NCBI GenBank assembly: GCA_951406725.2 | Contig: OX597840.1 | Coordinates: 16,926,001 to 16,990,000, forward strand | DNA: 64,000 nucleotides | Source: Octopus vulgaris | Lineage: Eukaryota | Direction of reading: 5' to 3' | Part shown: positions 55,927 to 64,000 of the stretch, piece after piece | Numbering within the stretch: the first letter of the stretch is position 1 | How the letters are laid out: the number at the start of each line of letters is the position of its first letter | Position numbers and translations under genes: made by a program | The notes under the pieces: generated by a model | What the model saw: only the letters and a program-made list of their open reading frames with translations | Told to the model about the DNA's origin: nothing | The model's database searches: none

Positions 55927-57837
55927 GGAGTTGTATTTGTGTTGTCTAGCATATAATTTCAAAAAAAATTAAATAAATAAATAGCTCCAAACTAAATCCG
56001 ATAAAGCTTTAGTTACTCGGTGGCGCATTCCTGTTTGTTCGGCTTTTATAGTTTACGAGATCGATTCCAAGATAAACATTAAAGCGACACAATATATTTT
56101 ACCAGGTTTTTTAGAGTTTTTTTATTCACTGTTTGACTTCAGATACACAAACACAGAGACTCGCAGACACACAGACACACAGCAGGAACATACACGCAGA
56201 AACTATAAAAATGAATCTGAAGTTAGCCTAGCGGTTAGGACGTTGTACTCACGATCGCAAGGTCGCGGTTTCGATTCCTACACAGGACACTGCATTGTGT
56301 TCTTGAGCAAAACAATTCCATTTATGTTGCTTCACTCCACTCAGCTATAATGCCACAGACTGGCGTTCCGTTAGGTGGGGATGTCATATCTGTCACATAT
56401 GCCATGGAAATCGTATAACTGGCCCCTTGAGTTTTAGAACTCGAGACAGCAGTGTCCAGTGGTTGGTGGTGGTGGTGGTGGTGGTGGTGTCCATGATAAT
56501 TTCATTAGTTATAACGACATTTTCTTTGGTGGGGGTCCCTTTCTGGCCACTACAAAACGCATCAACAACGCTCCACAATCATCAAATCATTCCCAAATTA
56601 GGGCCAAAAATACCTACAAGCGTTAATGAACGTTTAGTTTCAAATTAACACTGATAGAACATAATTAATTCTCTCCTGCCAGGACCACCCAGTCATTTTT
56701 AATGGTATCTGTTTGTCAATCTGACTGCCATTGGTCAGTTTGGATGGTCAGTTGGCTTGTCTGATGTGTCTGGAATACATTGTCTAATTTATCGTTTCTT
56801 CTTTTTTGAAATTGTAGAAAGTAGATTGAAAGGGATTTAAAAGCAATATTTAGCATGATGTATGAATGTGTATGTATGCGTGGCCATGTGAGAGAGTGTG
56901 TATTTGTGAGTGTATGTGTGAGTGTGTGTGAGTGAGTGAGTGAGTGAGTGCATGTGTGTGTGTGAATGTATGTGAGTGAATGTGTGTGTGTGCGCGTAGC
57001 TATGCATGAGTGCGTGTATATGTGAGTGTGTGTGTATTTGTGAGTGCAAGTGAATGTATGTGTGTGTGAGTGCGCGTATGAGAGTGTGTGAATGTGTGAG
57101 TGTGATTATGATAATAACGGCACCTATCTACCAGCTGGACGCCGAGTACGTCTCTGTACTCCACGGATGCACTCCTTTCAAAAAACTTGACATGCGCACT
57201 CCGTACATTTTGTCTGTTGGCTGCCATGATTCTGTTTAGTTCCTCCGATTAAATATGGTTACACACCTTCCGTCAAAAATACAGGCAACCAACAAGTCAA
57301 AGGAGCTTTATGTATTCGTTGTATCTGTTAGAAATATCAACCAAATTCTCATGAAATTAAGCTCTGTGTCTTAAAAACAAGAAGGCTTCATTGAAAGATG
57401 TAGTTTTAAATACATTGTAGACAACAGCTACGGAGATGTGTTTGAACCTGGAACCGTCTGGTTGTGTAGCCAACATGTTAGCGACACAGCCACATCTGTG
57501 TACCTATGTTGACATTTGTGACTGTCACCAAAATGAAGTACAGGTAACTTGTCATTGGAAGTCTATGATCTACAGGTAACATGAGTCATGTTATTTCTGA
57601 CGTATGTCACACTAACTCATTGATTTACAGGTAACGTGATATAGAGGTAACATGATTGATTAACAGGTAACATGATTCATTTGCAGAAATGCGCGTGGGT
57701 GTGGGTGGGTATATGTGTGGGTGTGTGCGGGTTTCGCAGCCGCATGGCTGAAAGGAATAAAAGAACAAAAGAATATATATATATATATACATGCATGTTA
57801 TCCCATGGAGGGTTGAATTTACAACCCCTATCTCATT

Positions 57838-57897
<60 letters not shown>

Positions 57898-57960
57898 TGT
57901 ATGTATGTATTATTATACCTGAACATGGTCATATTTTGCTTTGGTCTTCACTTCGGCTTT

Positions 57961-57992
<32 letters not shown>

Positions 57993-58020
57993 CATTATTA
58001 TTATTATTATTATTATCATT

Positions 58021-58091
<71 letters not shown>

Positions 58092-58654
58092 CATCATCAT
58101 CATCATCATCATTATTATTATCTTCGTTTCTTTGTCAAAGCTCTTTCGTCACAGATCCTGCGACCTCTTCAGCGACTCTTTATCTCACGTCACTCTTCTT
58201 GTTCTGTGCCTGCCCGCTAGACAAGCAAGACTGTCGCTGACACAAGTGTCGGCAATGCCCATGCAAGGGTTTTAAGACGACTGCGGCTTGCACAATACGC
58301 CAACGACCTTCACTGGCAATACCAAGAAGCCCAAGGATAAACAAAAGTGCAAGATATCCAGATCTGTAGTGCAGTGGGTTTTATATACAAGTAAGCCTTC
58401 TCCTAGAGGGATGCCTTGACAAAAACCAAAGGTTTTTACTGCTCTACATACACACACATATATAAATTTAATATACACCTTTGTGATTTGTAAAGCTTTT
58501 CTCTCTACAAATAGGATATTTAACAGTGGAGCCAGTGAAAGATTGGATGTTTTCATCTCTATTTTCCTTACATATATATATATATATACGTATGTATGTA
58601 TGTACTTGTATGTATATTTGTATATATGTATAAATGTATATATGTATATATATG

Positions 58655-58690
<36 letters not shown>

Positions 58691-58753
58691 CATATATATA
58701 TGTATATATATATATATATATACATATATATACATATATATATATACATACAC

Positions 58754-58838
<85 letters not shown>

Positions 58839-58854
58839 CGTGTGTGTATATATG

Positions 58855-59490
58855 CAAAATTTAGATTCAGATGAACATGGTACTTAAGTTAAAGGCACCA
58901 GAATTTGGTATGGTATTATCCATATAAATCAAATGGAGTGATTATAATTATAATAAGCAACAAGGATATCCAAGGTAGTGTAGTACAATCGTTTCATGCT
59001 ACTTCATTTTATTAAACACTGTAAGTATTACATCAGTTTTAAAATGTCAAGCAATCTTCAGCCACAAATAGAATTTTTGAAATTAAATAGACAATGTACA
59101 TTTTTATACTTATTTCATTTGCCAACATTACAAAGAGGGTAGATATATAGACAGAGAGGCTGATTTCATCATTAAGAACATGGTGGTAGTATGTCCCTTC
59201 TCCATCTGCAGATAAGAAAATCTACAGATGGAGAAGGACATACTACCACCATGTTCTTAATGATGAAATCAGCCTCTCTGTCTATATATCTACCCTCTTT
59301 GTAATGTTGGCAAATGAAATAAGTATAAAAATGTACATTGTCTATTTAATTTCAAAAATTCTATTTGTGGCTGAAGATTGCTTGACATTTTAAAACTGAT
59401 GTAATACTTACAGTGTTTAATAAAATGAAGTAGCATGAAACGATTGTACTACACTACCTTGGATATCCTTGTTGCTTATTATAATTATAT
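58855..59490. mobile_element. About 545-bp palindrome (arms about 270 bp) of a hammerhead-bearing element, same family as 33541-33760
   Basis: 58944-59210 and 59222-59490 are near-perfect reverse complements; HHR tgtgg-CTGAAGA-TTGCT..AGCAT-GAAA-CGATT-GTA^ctaca at 59366-59453 (+) and 58979-59066 (-). Confidence 0.88.
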
Positions 59491-59562
59491 ATATATGTAT
59501 ATATGTATATATGTATATACGTATATATATATATATATTTGATTGCAAATATATATATATAC

Positions 59563-59645
<83 letters not shown>

Positions 59646-60320
59646 GAGAGAGAGAGGGAAAGACAGACAGACAGACACATTTCTATTTAAACCCCTATGC
59701 CTAAGCAAAATATTAATATATTCATGTATATCATGGACTATTTATATCGATATAGACAGATTGATAGATAGATAGATAGATAGACAGACGATCAGAGAGA
59801 CAGACAGAGATATAACCGGGCTTCCACACAGTTTCCGTCAATTAAATTCACTCACAAGGCTTTTGGAGGCCCAGAACTGTGGTAGAAGACATTTGTCAAG
59901 GTATCACATGATGGAACTCCTACAATCAGCAAAGTCAATCCACAGGTAACATGTCACTCTAACCTAATCTTCTCCAGGTAAACATGTCCCTATGCTCCGA
60001 AGACACTCAGGTATTCTCGCTCTAGTAATCCCCATTAGTCCAGTATTTAATCTATCCCATCTAATGTAATCTAATTCGGATTCACCACAAGAGTCCCGTG
60101 GGGTGGATGGGGCGATTGTGAGTGGTGCGAACCATCGATGACAATTCTGGCAGAATTGAACGGTTGGGAGCACATGAACACAGAAGTGCACGAGGGTGCC
60201 GAAAGGTTTATTCCAAGGCCCTGCCTTTGCCGCCATCGTCTTTATTGTTTGTTGTTGTTGTCGTTATTGATGAGGTTTCGATTAGTTCGTCAACATATTT
60301 ATATCTGTGTTTATTTGCAG

Positions 60321-60365
60321 GTCGTAACAACACAAAGGAAAGTCAATACTCCCAAATGTACGAAG
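60321..60365 (+). CDS. Host-gene exon
   Basis: tttatttgcag| RNNTKESQYSQMYE |gtaaaa; 45 nt; phase 1-1. Confidence 0.6.
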
Positions 60366-60466
60366 GTAAAAGCAGATATGATTCACCGTCTTTTTTCAAT
60401 ATGCTTTATTTCCAGCGTGAATGTAATATCGAGTACCCGCAGTTATCCGCGTGGAAGCAACATCCC

Positions 60467-60508
<42 letters not shown>

Positions 60509-60615
60509 CCCCCTCTCTCCCTCTCTTTCTGTACGCGTGTGTGTAAACGCTTGAAATGGCGTTTTCTCATCCTTATATATAAATACGGATGCACGATATA
60601 TATGAACATAAATAA

Positions 60616-60647
<32 letters not shown>

Positions 60648-60768
60648 GTCTGCGTGTGTGTATGTGTTTGTCTATGCTTATATATGCATATGTGTGTGTG
60701 TGTATATATATACATATATTTGTATATATGCATATATATATGTTTGTGTGTGTATAAATGTATATATA

Positions 60769-60810
<42 letters not shown>

Positions 60811-61399
60811 TATGTGTGTATGTGTGTGTACATATAAAGAAATAGATATTTTATATACATATAAATATATATATACATGTATGTATATGTATATATATAT
60901 ATGTATGTATATATATACACACACACAAGCGCCAACATATATTTTTATATATATGCATATAGTTATTTCAACACAAATATACATACAGTACATGCTTATG
61001 TACGTGCTTCTGTGTATATAAATATCTATATATGTATGTTTGTATCTTTAGCTATATGTATGTATAAGTTCGTATGTATAATCCTCTGTAGTAGTGTGCG
61101 CCTTTGAAGCCATAGCCTCGTTTCGGGGCAAAACGCGCTCGTCAGTGCATGGCAAGCGGAAGGAAGAAATTAAAATGGAAATCGTTTTATTCGATTTCTA
61201 TCTCTGTCACCCACAGAGAGCTGAGGGAAGCCACAAGGTTTTAATCGCCTGCATTGTTAGATATATATACATGTAACAGATAGGTCACATGACATCGTAA
61301 TTATGTGCTAAACAATTTAATATTTACATACATTAATTATAATATACACACATATATATATATACATATACGTAGATATATACATACATGTATATATAC

Positions 61400-61431
<32 letters not shown>

Positions 61432-61598
61432 CAATGTGCTTATATACACACATACATACATGCATGCATATATATGTATATGTATGTATATGAGTGTCTG
61501 TATGTATATATATATATATATGTATGTATATGGGTGTATGTATATATGTGTGTATGTATATATATATATATACATATATATGTATATATGTGTATATA

Positions 61599-61683
<85 letters not shown>

Positions 61684-61727
61684 TATGTATATATATGTGT
61701 GTGTGTGTATGTGTATATATATTTATA

Positions 61728-61783
<56 letters not shown>

Positions 61784-61794
61784 ACATTTATAGA

Positions 61795-62237
61795 AATAGG
61801 GTAAGAAATTATCAATTTAATAAATTAATAACTTTTACCAAATAGTTTTCGGTATGGTTAAGAACCATATTCGGTAAAAACTTATATAAAAAGTTTTTTT
61901 TATATATAATTATAACAACAATTAAAGGTTTAGCAACAAGTTGCTTAACCACATACCGAAAAATTTAGAAATAGCATCCAAAAGACTGCTATTTCTATTT
62001 CCTACAAAAATATGTCTCCACCGAAAAAATATCTGTAACTCACATAGGTAAAAAGTCGAAGACTGATTGATTTCATTATTTTTCTTCTTTTTACCTATGT
62101 GAGTTACAAATATTGTTATCTGTGGAGATATATTATGTAGGAAATAGAAATAGCAGTCTTTTGGCTGCTATTTCTAAATTTTTCGGTATGTGGTGAAGCA
62201 ACTTGTTGCTAAACCCTTAATTATTGTTATAATTATA
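61795..62237. repeat. (TA)n-associated fold-back element with about 150-bp diverged arms
   Basis: 61905-62055 and 62087-62237 are inverted; related to about 48586-48888. Confidence 0.85.
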
Positions 62238-62512
62238 CATATATAAATTAAATTGGAGATAAAACCACTATTAGGTAAATCAAACAGTGAAAAACAAAAA
62301 CCAAAACATAGAAATAAAATTAATGCATATAAAATACAAAATATATAAAATATAAAATTCAAAATTTAAATAATTAAAATTTAAAGTTAACAATTTAAAA
62401 TTATTAATTTATATTTATAAATTTATATATATATATATTTATTTATTTTTATTTTATTAAATATATATAACTATCAAAAAGTATAAAAAGTTTAATATAA
62501 GATAAAAAGTAA

Positions 62513-62554
<42 letters not shown>

Positions 62555-62889
62555 CGCGCACAAATGCATGCATATAAAAGCAATTTAACGGTGTATCTAA
62601 AGACGAATGCAGCTATAAAGCTGGAATAATAGCCTGACTTATATTCCGTTAAAAATGCTTTTAATTCGATGGCTGAGGAAGAGTGGTCTTCTTTGTTGTA
62701 ATGGTTACGCCTGCCATGGCTACGGCACGTTTGAGTCCCACGGGTAAAGGCTCGATTACTTTATTTTGCCACATCCAGAAAGTTTTTAACCGAAATATAT
62801 TACAGTCCATTATTCGTTTTCAGATACACTATTAAATGGCTTATTTACATATTTTTCGTTGCTCCAACATTGATATTCCACACACACGC

Positions 62890-62932
<43 letters not shown>

Positions 62933-63070
62933 CACACATACACAAACACATACATACATATATATATATACATATATGTACATGTATACACATATGTATA
63001 TACATATATGTATGTATATACACGTATACGTGTATGTATGTGTATATATATATATATATTTATAAATATT

Positions 63071-63101
<31 letters not shown>

Positions 63102-63299
63102 CAGTACATATACATATATGTGTATGTCTATTATATTACATTACATTGTGTATTCATGCATATATACACACACACACATATATATTATATATTACATTTA
63201 TTATTATATATTCATATATATATATATTATGGATATATTCATACATATATATATGTAGGCATTTATATGTGTGTGTGTGTCTGTGTGTGTGTATTAAAA

Positions 63300-64000
63300 A
63301 TGGAGAAGACCGGTTTATGGCATTACCTTAGGTTTCCCGTCCGTAAAGGGTTTAGCTTTATGGCGTATCATCAGATCCAAAAATCCTGTTGACCCACAAT
63401 CTCTTAAAAACATGGCGGAGGGAATGCCTCACTACTCAAAGGTAACAACCGGGGATTATCACCCTTTGCTATTGACTATCGACTTCCGGCTCTGTCGCCA
63501 TCTTGCGGACTCCAAATAGCTAGCAGGAACCTCCTGAAATGTAAACATTGCCCGAAAATCTCCGTTCTGGAGTTAAGGATTTTCCCTGGTACGAGTAAGT
63601 CTTTTAGGACTCTCGCACGTTCAGCAATGCACAACTTGCAACGCTTCGTCCCGTTGATGCCAATAGCAGAGTGAGATAACAACAACAGCAACACCACCAG
63701 ACACAGCACCGACAACACACGCCTACAGAGATGCATTGGATATTCCGGGAACTCTTTCAAGCAACATCTCTCCAACCATAGGGCCTCCTTCAGAGTTCCG
63801 GTTAGGAGATACGTAACATCACTGGCCAGCCACGTCTGACAACTAAGAGACGATGGGATTCCATATTCGATCTCATTGAAAATCTTAGACAACCCAGGCC
63901 CCAACATCAATGAGACGAAGCGTTGCAAGTTATGCATAGCTGAACGCACGAGAATCCTAAAAGACACTCGAACCAGGGAACATCCTTAACTCCAGAACGG
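63300..64000. mobile_element. Inverted pair of 3' fragments of a second PLE family, with a hammerhead at 63318-63379 (-)
   Basis: + strand CIGYSGNSFKQHLSNHRASFR..TSLASHV*QL..KRCKLCIAERTRIL; - strand KRCKLCIAERARVL..LNSRTEIFGQCLH; tggat-CTGATGA..GAAA-CCTAAG-GTA^atgcca. Confidence 0.75.

Noticed and set aside
57105-57239. Short frame ITAPIYQLDAEYVSV..
   Set aside because: No convincing splice acceptor; the start lies in a microsatellite.

Overview
Eukaryotic, very microsatellite-rich DNA [(TA)n, (CA)n, (TACA)n, (TAGA)n, (ATT)n]. The SINE families suggest an octopus genome (recognised from memory, not searched). Almost all ORFs in the supplied track are simple-repeat noise. The window appears to lie inside the long introns of a + strand gene for a single-pass membrane protein, with about 12 candidate short exons. 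The introns hold many tRNA-derived SINEs, four Tc1/mariner relics (one interrupted by a Chapaev3-type transposon), MITEs and R4/Dong LINE fragments. There is also a near-complete Neptune-like Penelope-like element (PLE) at 48998-53841, with RT + GIY-YIG, an upstream ORF1 and a possible -1 frameshift site. The main hidden signal is a set of hammerhead ribozyme (HHR) elements sitting in (TA)n tracts. The best example is a non-coding, retrozyme-like array of apparently identical 533-bp units at 26472-29009: each full unit carries a type I hammerhead, and the array forms two arms with their 3' ends pointing outwards. About a dozen further intact or degenerate HHR motifs and several related fold-back elements occur in the window, many with the same geometry. 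All calls were made by eye; no alignment, folding or database search was run.
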